A stretch of DNA of 60,056 nucleotides from Stellaceae bacterium (GCA_035510075.1 DATKHX010000117.1:1-60056), one strand, 5' to 3'; numbered from the stretch's first letter, positions 42,990 to 51,038 are shown. Notes: generated from the letters alone by a model not told the origin. Numbers and translations: made by a program.

Positions 42990-44327
42990 TCACACGTTCG
43001 GCGCTTCGTCGGGCAGATCGGCCGGCCGCGAGCCGTCGCCTCGGCCGCCCGGGGCGGCTTCGCCCGACTGGTCGCTGCCGGGCCCGTTTGGCGCGTTGTT
43101 GCCGTTCGCCGCCGATTGCGGGACATAGCCGATCGGCGCCACGTTGACTGGCTGATAGAGCGTGTCGCCGCCCTCGACCGCCCCCAAGTCCTCGCCGAGC
43201 CGCGCCTCGTTCGGGGTATAGACCATCCCCACGACGCCGGTGCGCATCGCAGTAAGGCGCGTCTGCAAATCGGCCTTCAGGAAGTGCGAATAGTCGAACT
43301 CGACAAAGAGTTTCTGGCCGTCGAGCTCGCCCAGATCCTCGAATTTCGGGACCCAGCGCTCGGCCCAGGCGGTCAAGGTCGTGTTGAGGTAGAGCTGCTG
43401 CAATTGCACGAGGTCGCCGCGCTCGATCGGCAAGCCCAGCCGGTGCCGCGGCACGCCAAAGCCGCGGCCGACATCCTCGAGCTGGAACTCGCGCGATTTG
43501 AGCGCTTCGGCCTGCTCCGCAGTCATCGCCAAGGGCTGCCACTTGAGCCCCTCTTCGAGGATCGCGGTACGGCCGGCATTGCGCAGCCCGGCGTAATTTT
43601 GGTTGAAGCCGTCACGCAGCCTCTCAAAAGCTTCCTCGGACAACTTTCGGTCGGTCTGGAGAACACCGCCCGGCCGCGCACCCGAGCCCATCAGCCGGGT
43701 CGCGTATTGCTCCTGCGCCATGCCGAGGCCGATCGTCTCGCGCATCAGCGCCACGCGATGCGTGCCCAAGAGGCTATGCCAGGTTTGCAGCCAGCGGATG
43801 TGCAGCATGTCGTCGGAATGGATCATGACCGGCATGTCGCGAAGGACTGCCATTTCGTGCAGCCCTTGGCGCGTCACGACCCAGAACCATTCGCCGCCGG
43901 GCGCCTCGAACAGGGTCACCCGGTCGGGGTGCAGCGGCACCAATTGCGTCGGAAACCCGTTCGCGTCGCGCAGGATGACCGCCCAGGCGTTGCCGCGCAG
44001 CACCACCGAGGCCATCATCATTTCCATGAACTCGAACCGGGTCTGCCACGCATTGGGATGGCGCAACAGCCGGGCGAGGAAATGGTTGGCGACCTGCTCC
44101 TTGCCGCCGTTGGGCAGCCGGCGCATCATCCTGACCGGCAATTTCGCGATGTCCTCGGCGAGGATCGCGACACAGGTCATGACCGCGACGTAGCGCAGCG
44201 CCGTCACGTCGTTGACCGCGATGCCGGCGGTCGACAAGCCCCATTCGTTGAAGGCGTGGACGAGCTCGGACCCGACCACCGCGTCCTTGCGAAACGCAGT
44301 GGCGAGCCGGCGAAAGAGGCCGGCCAT
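42990..44327 (-). CDS. Portal protein, HK97 family
   Basis: 445 aa. AVMTCVAILAEDIAKLP..., LLRHPNAWQT..., GNAWAVILRD are typical of HK97-type portals. Confidence 0.9.
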   Translation of the reverse strand: MAGLFRRLATAFRKDAVVGSELVHAFNEWGLSTAGIAVNDVTALRYVAVMTCVAILAEDIAKLPVRMMRRLPNGGKEQVANHFLARLLRHPNAWQTRFEFMEMMMASVVLRGNAWAVILRDANGFPTQLVPLHPDRVTLFEAPGGEWFWVVTRQGLHEMAVLRDMPVMIHSDDMLHIRWLQTWHSLLGTHRVALMRETIGLGMAQEQYATRLMGSGARPGGVLQTDRKLSEEAFERLRDGFNQNYAGLRNAGRTAILEEGLKWQPLAMTAEQAEALKSREFQLEDVGRGFGVPRHRLGLPIERGDLVQLQQLYLNTTLTAWAERWVPKFEDLGELDGQKLFVEFDYSHFLKADLQTRLTAMRTGVVGMVYTPNEARLGEDLGAVEGGDTLYQPVNVAPIGYVPQSAANGNNAPNGPGSDQSGEAAPGGRGDGSRPADLPDEAPNV

Positions 44328-44590
44328 CAGGAGTCCAGCAATTCGGTGCCGCCCTGCAGCTCAGCAATGGCGGCTTCGAGGCGATGCGACAGGATCTCGG
44401 CGTTGCCGTCGATGATCAGCGCCGATCCTCCGGGCGCCAGCGCGTGCCAGGCGCGCGACACGAGGTGCATCTGCGCCGGGGTCAGTTCATGGTCGGCGAC
44501 GATCGCGTAATGCGGCTGGGCGGCGGCGAAGTCGTGGTTGAGCGCGGTCACCCGCAGCCGCGGCCGCCAGCGCCGGCGAAACCCGAACAC
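44327..44590 (-). CDS. Hypothetical protein
   Basis: 87-aa ORF between the terminase and portal genes. Its stop overlaps the portal start. Confidence 0.5.
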   Translation of the reverse strand: MFGFRRRWRPRLRVTALNHDFAAAQPHYAIVADHELTPAQMHLVSRAWHALAPGGSALIIDGNAEILSHRLEAAIAELQGGTELLDS

Positions 44591-44593
44591 AAT

Positions 44594-44689
44594 TCAGCCG
44601 AAGCCACAGACGATCGCGAAGGTGATGACCGCAGCGGCGAGTGCCGCGAGGTCGAGCCGCCACAGCGGCCGGGCGTCGAGCTTTTCCAT
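44594..44689 (-). CDS. Possible 31-aa single-TM peptide
   Basis: Hand-translated MEKLDARPLWRLDLAALAAAVITFAIVCGFG* with a GAGGGGG RBS. Confidence 0.3.
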   Translation of the reverse strand: MEKLDARPLWRLDLAALAAAVITFAIVCGFG

Positions 44690-44721
44690 CCGCCCCCTCG
44701 CCTGTTATGCTTCTGACCGCG

Positions 44722-45018
44722 ATGGAGATTTACCCGGTCGTCTTCGATGGCGCGGTCATCGGCGAACTGCATGGGATCGGTCGTTTATCGCCCGACAGCC
44801 CTACGCTCAGTCTGCTGGTCATCGAGAACGTGTCTGTCCTGGGCGCTCCCAGATCCTCAGATATGCGCCCCGAAGCCGCCACGATCATTCTCGATGCGCT
44901 TTGGGGCGAGGCGCTCGTCGTGCGCAGCCGCGAGGACTTTGCCAAACTCCAGCGCGTCCCCGGATTTCTTCCCGAGGACCGTTATTTTCAAATGACCAAC
45001 AGCCCGCGCTTCTCGTAG
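44722..45018 (+). CDS. Opposite-strand hypothetical gene embedded in the late operon
   Basis: MEIYPVVFDGAVIGELHGIGRLSPDSP... (alternative start 44707). Lower GC than its surroundings. Its 3' end overlaps the terL stop region convergently. Confidence 0.5.
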   Translation: MEIYPVVFDGAVIGELHGIGRLSPDSPTLSLLVIENVSVLGAPRSSDMRPEAATIILDALWGEALVVRSREDFAKLQRVPGFLPEDRYFQMTNSPRFS

Positions 45019-46676
45019 ACCGAGCGCCGCGACGGCGGGTTCTGTGACAGGCACGCGACCGCGTCGAAGAGCGCCATTACAGGGTCGATCTTGGCGTAGC
45101 CGGCGGCTTGCTTGGTGATCGTGATCGCGTTGCCGCGTGGCTCGACCTTGGCGTTGCCGACCGCCCACGCCATCAGCGCCTGGCCGCAATGCGCGAGGCT
45201 GCCCTCGGCGAGCTTGCGCTCGGCTGTCTTGATCGCACCCGAGAGCTTCCAGCCCTGGCTGATCCCGATGACATGGCCGCTCTCTCCGGTCATCTCGCGC
45301 TGCGCCAAGGCGTCGACCACGACGCCGATCCCGACCGGGTCGAGACCGATCTGCGCCAAAAGACCGGTGTTGAGCACGTGCTCGCAGATCTGGGCCAACT
45401 CGTCGATGTCGTCGCCGAGCCGCTCGACGATGACCAATTCCTCGGCTGCGGCGAGGTCGCGCAGCCGCGCTGCCTCGCTCTTGCGCCGCTCCAATACCGA
45501 GGTGTGCGCCCACGCGCGGCCCCAATGCAGCCAGCGCTCGCTGCCGCTCTCGCGGCCCAATACCGCCAGCCCCAATAGGTCGTCGAGGCCGCCGCCGTCG
45601 ATCCCGATGCACACGACTTCGCTGCGCGCCAATAGCGCCAGCAATGACAGGCTCGGGTCGGCCGCCCCTTCCCAGAAATCAGCGCCGGCCCACCGCGCCG
45701 AATGCAAGGCGAGGCCGATCTCGACATTCAAATGCTGCGAGGCCCATCCACGCAACGAGGCGTCGCCCTTTTCCTTGGCCTCGCCGAACTTCTCGATCAG
45801 GCTATCGAGCCGCAATGAGCGCCCGAGATTGGGCGTAACCATCGGCCACGCTGCGGGATTCTCCCACGGCGCCGGCTCTCCTGCGACCGACAACTTCTGC
45901 AATTCCCGCGGGAATTCATAAAGCGCCGGCAGCATCTTGCCCGAGCGATGGCCGTCGCGGATCGCACGCGCGGTTCCCAACTCCTCGGCAAAGGCCCCGG
46001 CCGGCGCGTCCTCCGACTGGGTCGTGCAAAAAACCAGAAACCCTTCCGGGATCGCCTCGCGACCGCCGCGCAATTGCCGAATGATTTTCGATGCCGCGGC
46101 GACGCCGCCGAGCAGGTGCAATTCGTCGAGAAACACACCCGCCGGCCGCGGCCCGGTCAGCACGTTCAAATCGAAGGTCTTAATCTTGAGCCGGGCCCCG
46201 GTGATCCGGTCGCGGATTTCCTTGATGTGCTCGCGCACCCGGTAGCGCCGCTTCAGCTCGGGATCAAGCTCGATCATGCCCGCCGCCTGGCTGAAGGCGA
46301 GGTCGGCGATCGAGTGAGTAACGGCGATAAACAGAAATTCGGCGAGCGGCCGCCGGTTCATGAAGAGCGCCGTCAGCATTAGCCCGGCGCCGTAGGTGGT
46401 CTTCGAATTCTTTTTCGCAACTAGCGCGAATATTTCCTCGATCCAGCGCGTCATCGCGACCGGGTCGAGCGAACCGAACAACGCGCGGATGATGTCGCGC
46501 CACCACTCGCCGCAAGCCTCGGCCATTGTCGGATTGCCGACGACGTCGGGCAGCCGCAACCGGTCGAAGAACTCGACCGCGATGTCGGCTTCCTCGCGCC
46601 ACAGCGGCAGCTCGGGCACCAGCGGGCGGCCCTGCCGTATCCGCTCTTCCCAGTCCCGGCACGACAGGTCCCACAT
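44988..46676 (-). CDS. terL: Terminase large subunit
   Basis: 562 aa. Terminase_1-like N-terminal ATPase (GVFLDELHLLGG is Walker-B-like) and a C-terminal nuclease region. Lies upstream of the portal gene. Confidence 0.9.
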   Translation of the reverse strand: MWDLSCRDWEERIRQGRPLVPELPLWREEADIAVEFFDRLRLPDVVGNPTMAEACGEWWRDIIRALFGSLDPVAMTRWIEEIFALVAKKNSKTTYGAGLMLTALFMNRRPLAEFLFIAVTHSIADLAFSQAAGMIELDPELKRRYRVREHIKEIRDRITGARLKIKTFDLNVLTGPRPAGVFLDELHLLGGVAAASKIIRQLRGGREAIPEGFLVFCTTQSEDAPAGAFAEELGTARAIRDGHRSGKMLPALYEFPRELQKLSVAGEPAPWENPAAWPMVTPNLGRSLRLDSLIEKFGEAKEKGDASLRGWASQHLNVEIGLALHSARWAGADFWEGAADPSLSLLALLARSEVVCIGIDGGGLDDLLGLAVLGRESGSERWLHWGRAWAHTSVLERRKSEAARLRDLAAAEELVIVERLGDDIDELAQICEHVLNTGLLAQIGLDPVGIGVVVDALAQREMTGESGHVIGISQGWKLSGAIKTAERKLAEGSLAHCGQALMAWAVGNAKVEPRGNAITITKQAAGYAKIDPVMALFDAVACLSQNPPSRRSVYEKRGLLVI

Positions 46677-46691
46677 TTTGCGAATTCGGGC

Positions 46692-46844
46692 TTACGCCGC
46701 GGCGGCGGCCGTCACCTTTGCCTGCGCTTCTTCGATGCGGCGGCAGGCAATGTCGAACCAGTGCCGCTCGATCCCCGGCAATATCTCGCGGCAGTCGCCG
46801 AGGATGAGGCGCGCGTCGCCGATCGCGACGGTTTCGACCGCCAT
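46692..46844 (-). pseudogene. Relic of an N6/N4 DNA methyltransferase (50-aa in-frame remnant)
   Basis: MAVETVAIGDARLILGDCREILPGIERHWFDIACRRIEEAQAK joins an MTase N-terminus (GDCxxxLP) to an MTase C-terminus (FDIAxRRI). The catalytic core is missing. Confidence 0.55.
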
Positions 46845-47242
46845 CAGTGCATCCGCGCGCGACGCGCCATCAGCTCGCCCATGTCAGTCGCGGCATCGGG
46901 ATGGAGGGCTGCTTCCTGCGCCTCTTCCTTTTTGCCGAGTGGGGGCGCCCTTTCGCCTTCCGGTCGCGCCGCGCCGGGCCGTGTCATGTCGTCGAGCTTG
47001 CGCTGGGCCGAGACGTTGCCGCCGCGCGCGCTCTGGAACAGGAGCCCGATGACCTCGCGCCGGCGCACCGCATGGCCGGTCGCCAGCTCGTTGGCAAAAT
47101 GCTTGCGCAAGGTCTCGTCGCTGCACCCGATCGCCCGCGCGATCGTCTCCTGCGCCTCGCCACAGGCGCGCATCTCCTCGACCGCGCGCCGCAGCTTCGC
47201 CGTCGGCTTGAATGGCGGCCGGCCGGTGACTTTTTCGGTCAA
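46844..47242 (-). CDS. terS: Terminase small subunit
   Basis: GRPPFKPTAKLRRAVEEMRACGEAQETIARAIGCSDETLRKHF is an HTH typical of small terminases. TTG start. Confidence 0.75.
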   Translation of the reverse strand: MTEKVTGRPPFKPTAKLRRAVEEMRACGEAQETIARAIGCSDETLRKHFANELATGHAVRRREVIGLLFQSARGGNVSAQRKLDDMTRPGAARPEGERAPPLGKKEEAQEAALHPDAATDMGELMARRARMH

Positions 47243-47305
47243 ATCGAGGATTTCCCCAAAATTCTCAAGACGCCAAAAAAACTCTGCGCGTGCGGTCCCA
47301 CGCGG
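47243..47305 (-). promoter_or_regulatory. AT-richer spacer with a hairpin and T7 run upstream of terS (candidate cos/late control region)
   Basis: Minus strand CGCGTG-GGACCG-CACGCG, then cagagTTTTTTT and ttgagaattttggggaaatcctcgatttg. Confidence 0.3.
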
Positions 47306-47653
47306 TTACTCGTGCGTCGGCGACGGCGACGGGAAACCCCCATCCCCCTGGCGCCTTGCGCGGGCGGCCGCGGTCTTGCGCGAATGGCACGCGCCGCAGA
47401 GCAGCATGATGTTGCGCCGGTCGAGGAGCGCCCCGCCGTCGGCGAGTTCCTTGATGTGGTCGCCAAAGAGACGCACCCCGGCGCGCGGACGCCCCGGATC
47501 ATGGGCCGGGTCTTCACAACGCCGGCCGCGCTCGGCGATGATCGACGCGATCAGCGAGCGCCATTCAGGCGAGGCGTAGAGCGGGGCAGCTTTCTTCTGA
47601 GGGAGATTGACCCGCGCCGGCAACAGCCGCAGCCGCGCGGCGAGCGTCTTCAC
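47306..47653 (-). CDS. HNH endonuclease (terminase-associated)
   Basis: GDHIKELADGG...NIMLLCGACHSRKT is an HNH motif. Sits next to terS as in HK97-like cos phages. Confidence 0.85.
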   Translation of the reverse strand: MKTLAARLRLLPARVNLPQKKAAPLYASPEWRSLIASIIAERGRRCEDPAHDPGRPRAGVRLFGDHIKELADGGALLDRRNIMLLCGACHSRKTAAARARRQGDGGFPSPSPTHE

Positions 47654-47882
47654 GCTGCGCCCACAGGCAATCGCGGATCGTCCGCTGCCCGACGCGCGCC
47701 AGCCATCGGTGATAGCCTAGCAGGCGTTCTTCGGCGCGCGAGCCGCGCGGCAGGTAGCACAGCGCATGGTGCGCCTCGCAATAGCTCGATCCGACCCGCC
47801 GCCGGCAGCCGCAATAGCGGATCGGCGCATCGTCGAGGGGATAGGCGCAACCGAAATCGATGATCTCGGCTTCGATGTTCAC
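47565..47882 (-). CDS. GcrA-like protein (C-terminal domain only)
   Basis: CAYPLDDAPIRYCGCRRRVGSSYCEAHHALCY matches the conserved Cys-rich C-terminal signature of GcrA cell-cycle regulators. GTG overlaps the upstream stop. Confidence 0.55.
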   Translation of the reverse strand: MNIEAEIIDFGCAYPLDDAPIRYCGCRRRVGSSYCEAHHALCYLPRGSRAEERLLGYHRWLARVGQRTIRDCLWAQREDARRAAAAVAGAGQSPSEESCPALRLA

Positions 47883-48625
47883 CGGTTCGCATCCCCCGCG
47901 CGTTGAATGACTCGCTTGACCTGCTCGGCGCGCCACTCATGGCCGCCGCCCGGGGTGTCGATGCCGCGCGCGGTCAAAGCGCGCGCGATCTCGCCGAGGC
48001 TGGCGCAGCCCGCGGCTTGCGCCGCAGCGATGAAGTGCATCACGTCGGCGGCGCGCTCCTGCGCCCGCACCGCACGGGCACGCCGCGCCGCACGCGCCAG
48101 GCCGAAACGGTCGCCGGGCTTCAAATGCGGGTTGCCGAGCCTGACGCCGCGCGCCTTGGCGGCGGCCAAGGCTTCCTTGGTGCGGCGCGAGATCGCCTCG
48201 GCCTCGTACTCGGCAAAGGCCGCCATGATGTGGACCAGGACGCGCGTCGCATGCGGGTTGTCGCATGCGACGAACTCGACGCCGGCTTCCATCAGCCCCG
48301 AGACGAAATGGACGTTGCGCGCCAGCCGATCGAGCTTGGCGATGACCAAGACGGCGCGCCTCAGCCGGCATGCCGCCAGCGCCGCCATCATCTGCGGCCG
48401 GTGGCGTTTTCGGGTGCCGGTCTCGACCTCGGTGAACTCGGCGACGACGAGCCCGCCCGCAGCACCTACATGGCGGGAGACGGCCTCGCGTTGCGCTTCA
48501 AGCCCCAGCCCCGAGGCGCCCTGCTTATCGGTCGAAACCCGGAAATAGGCGACAAAGCGCGGCCCCGAAACCGGGGGCGCCGACAAGCTTCTTGCGCACC
48601 TGTAACGCCGTTCCGAGCGCGTCAC
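47879..48625 (-). CDS. Small serine recombinase (resolvase/invertase family)
   Basis: AYFRVSTDKQ catalytic Ser motif, VIAKLDRLARN, and a C-terminal HTH IARALTARGIDTPGGGHEWRAEQVKRV. Confidence 0.85.
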   Translation of the reverse strand: MTRSERRYRCARSLSAPPVSGPRFVAYFRVSTDKQGASGLGLEAQREAVSRHVGAAGGLVVAEFTEVETGTRKRHRPQMMAALAACRLRRAVLVIAKLDRLARNVHFVSGLMEAGVEFVACDNPHATRVLVHIMAAFAEYEAEAISRRTKEALAAAKARGVRLGNPHLKPGDRFGLARAARRARAVRAQERAADVMHFIAAAQAAGCASLGEIARALTARGIDTPGGGHEWRAEQVKRVIQRAGDANR

Positions 48626-48661
48626 AGACTAAAACGTCGGTTTGTCGGTGGTGTGAGGGTT

Positions 48662-49198
48662 TCAGGCGGCGCGGGCGACGCCCTGAAAATGCTGATGCAG
48701 CGCGCCCAGCGCGGCGATCAGGATGCCCGAGGCCGCTTCCTGGCTGACGCGGCGGCCGTTCCAGCCCTGGCCCAGCGCCCATTCCTTCAGCGAGGTTTCC
48801 CAGCCGACGACATGCCACAGGCAGGACCCGCCGGGCGAGCCGACCCCTCCGACCGCGGTGATGGCGCGCCACACCCGCTCGCGCGCCACTTCGAGCGCCA
48901 GGCTCGGCTCGTTCCGGCCGCGACTCTGGCGCACAAGCGGAGCGGCGCGCAGCGGGTCGAGCGCGGCTCGCCGAAAAAGCTCGTTGAAGTCGTCGCCGGC
49001 GGTGCGCATCCGGGCGGTGATCGCACCGCGGCGCTCCATCGCGGCGAGGATGTTGATCGCGCGGTAGGGGCGCGAGATCACCCCCGCGTCATCGGCGATC
49101 GGATTTGGGCAGAGCTCGACCGGGCCGTGCGTAAAACGCTCGCCTGGCAGGGGGGAGACCAGGCGAGCGCCATGGGCGCTGCGAGTTTTTTTGCTCAC
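48662..49198 (-). CDS. Hypothetical protein
   Basis: GTG start at VSKKTRSAHGARL.... A conserved-looking core reads INILAAMERRGAITARMRTAGDDFNELFRRAALDP. Confidence 0.55.
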   Translation of the reverse strand: MSKKTRSAHGARLVSPLPGERFTHGPVELCPNPIADDAGVISRPYRAINILAAMERRGAITARMRTAGDDFNELFRRAALDPLRAAPLVRQSRGRNEPSLALEVARERVWRAITAVGGVGSPGGSCLWHVVGWETSLKEWALGQGWNGRRVSQEAASGILIAALGALHQHFQGVARAA

Positions 49199-49250
49199 AT
49201 TCGTGACGCCCCGCTGCGCCCAAGGTCGAATTATCCCAGGGTAGCCGGAA

Positions 49251-49568
49251 TCATGCCGGAAAGTTCCGATCCGAGTGCGGCGGTAAAATGCAACCCGGTT
49301 GCAGTTTGGTTGTTTTTTGCCCGGCGGCGCGCGGTGCACTCTTCGCCGGCAACCCGGGCGAGACCAGCCGCTGCCGCGGCAATCGGTGGCGCAGGCCGTG
49401 CGCCGCGAGCCAATCGGCGCGCTGCTGAGGCGGCATCACTTCCCACGCGCTGATCACAGCCCGGATCGGCCCCGGCACCGGATCGCGGCGCAGCCCTTTC
49501 GATACACCGCCCTCGCTCCAGCCGAGGAGCCGCGCGATCGTGCGCTGGCGCAGTCCAGCCATGTGCAT
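49251..49568 (-). CDS. Small HTH-like regulator
   Basis: M(H)MAGLRQRTIARLLGWSEGGVSKGL is HTH-like. An AT-rich region lies upstream. The C-terminal extent is uncertain. Confidence 0.45.
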   Translation of the reverse strand: MHMAGLRQRTIARLLGWSEGGVSKGLRRDPVPGPIRAVISAWEVMPPQQRADWLAAHGLRHRLPRQRLVSPGLPAKSAPRAAGQKTTKLQPGCILPPHSDRNFPA

Positions 49569-49644
49569 CCGCCCCCGCCAGCCGAGCATGCCGCCTCATG
49601 CGACAAGTGCTTTCCCCCAAGACAGGCGATACCGCACTTAACAC

Positions 49645-49947
49645 TTAAATAGGATGTTTAATACGCCGCGTCAGCTTGTGCCACGAGGGATCGACTGCTC
49701 GGCCTGGGTCGGTTGAAGGGCTAGGTCGCGGCGGGCATGGCCTTATTTGTGACCTGACGGCCACCGTCATCAGTGACGAGGCGGCGACGACCGACGCTGA
49801 ACAGAGCGCCCAAGTAAGTTGGTGTGAGATACACCAACCACCGATCGCTTCCAAGGCAATAAAATAGAGCGCCGCCGCCGTACATAACCCGCCTCCGAAG
49901 GCGGCTGCTACTGGGATTACAAACACGCAAACCGTTAGCGCGCGCAC
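49645..49947 (-). CDS. Three-TM membrane protein (low-GC, atypical codon usage)
   Basis: ALTVCVFVIPVAAAFGGGLCTAAALYFIAL..GGWCISHQLTWALCSASVVAASSLMTVAV. Many A/T-ending codons, unlike the rest of the genome. GTG start. Confidence 0.55.
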   Translation of the reverse strand: MRALTVCVFVIPVAAAFGGGLCTAAALYFIALEAIGGWCISHQLTWALCSASVVAASSLMTVAVRSQIRPCPPRPSPSTDPGRAVDPSWHKLTRRIKHPI

Positions 49948-50207
49948 GGCTTTTTCGGACTGATCGGCACATTAATCTCCTTGAGCACGACCACGGGGAA
50001 ATCCGGCTGCCAACCGCCTGTCGCCTCGGCCCAATGCTCGCTGTTGACTGAACGCCGGTCGTCCGCGTCAGCCCACCGAACCGAGACGCCGATCGCCTTG
50101 AGCGCGATCTCAATCTCGCCGAGAATTCGGGACTTACCGGACCCCGTTGGCCCCATTACCGTCACCGTGACGCACGCCAATTTCAAATCAACTCCCTGGC
50201 GAGCCAT
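49935..50207 (-). CDS. 90-aa mini P-loop protein
   Basis: MARQGVDLKLACVTVTVMGPTGSGKSRILGEIE carries a Walker A motif (GxxxxGKS). Too short for a complete NTPase. GC is lower than the flanks. Confidence 0.5.
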   Translation of the reverse strand: MARQGVDLKLACVTVTVMGPTGSGKSRILGEIEIALKAIGVSVRWADADDRRSVNSEHWAEATGGWQPDFPVVVLKEINVPISPKKPCAR

Positions 50208-50496
50208 TCCGCCACCAGGGCTGCAGCCTGCGCTTGACCCGCAGTGTGGGGGCGAACTTGACCCGTCGGCGCGCCGGGATCGCGATCGGCTCGCCGGTGC
50301 GCGGATGCCGCCCAGTGCGCGAGCCGACATGCTCGACCTTGAACCGCCCGAGCTCGGGCAGGACCACCTCGCTCTCGGTCGCCAACGCCTCGCCGATAAT
50401 CGCGAACTCCGCGCGCAACACCTCGCGCACCGTCGTTTTTGCTGTCGGCCAGGCCAGACGCTGCGTCACTCGGTCCACCAGATCCTCGAAATTCAT
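50188..50496 (-). CDS. HU/IHF-family DNA-binding protein
   Basis: LPELGRFKVEHVGSRTGRHPRTGEPIAIPARRRVKFAP is the signature beta-arm. Strong GAGGAGGAG RBS. Confidence 0.85.
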   Translation of the reverse strand: MNFEDLVDRVTQRLAWPTAKTTVREVLRAEFAIIGEALATESEVVLPELGRFKVEHVGSRTGRHPRTGEPIAIPARRRVKFAPTLRVKRRLQPWWRNGSPGS

Positions 50497-51038
50497 GACC
50501 TCTCCTCCTCTGCGATAGCCGGCATCGGCCCGAGAGCGTCGCCCAGCGGTCGCCAACCGGTCGCCAACCGGTCGTCGTCCGGCCCGTCGGCGACATAGCA
50601 CGGCGCCGGGCGGCGCGGCGCGGCCGGCGCCGGCAAGGACGCCGTGCCGAGCCTGCCGGCATCGAGATCGGCCATAACCTCGGCGAACGGGCGCAGCTCG
50701 CCCCCGTTGAACACGCGCCGCACCTCGCCCCACAGCGGCGCCAGCCGCCGACGGGTGTCGGCTATCTGGTCGAGGCTGCGCGGGTCGGGGGGAAACAGCG
50801 GCAGTGCACCGGAAGCGGCATCGTCGCCGGCAAACCCCGCGGCGGCGCGGATCTCGGCCGGGGTCGGGAAAAAGCGTTCGTGGTCGCGGATCAGCCGGTC
50901 GACCGCATCCGTCAGCGCAACCGTCGGCAGGTCGGCCAGGGCCCGGGCGTAGAGGTTCACGCCTCTCTCGCTCGGGCCGTCGTGGAATATCTCGGCCAGC
51001 ATCGCCACCGCGACGGCGACCTCAGGCGGCGAGGCCAC
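50493..51038 (-). CDS. Hypothetical replication-module protein (possible helicase-loader-like N-terminus)
   Basis: The ORF follows rep. LYARALADLP...RFFPTPAEIRAAA. The start is uncertain (51080, 51038 or 51002). Confidence 0.45.
   Translation of the reverse strand: MASPPEVAVAVAMLAEIFHDGPSERGVNLYARALADLPTVALTDAVDRLIRDHERFFPTPAEIRAAAGFAGDDAASGALPLFPPDPRSLDQIADTRRRLAPLWGEVRRVFNGGELRPFAEVMADLDAGRLGTASLPAPAAPRRPAPCYVADGPDDDRLATGWRPLGDALGPMPAIAEEERS

Noticed and set aside
47565-47653. The 89-nt overlap of the GcrA-like and HNH ORFs as a programmed frameshift fusion.
   Set aside because: The two products belong to unrelated families and each has a plausible own start. No slippery motif was noticed. 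A later HNH start or a simple overlap is more parsimonious.
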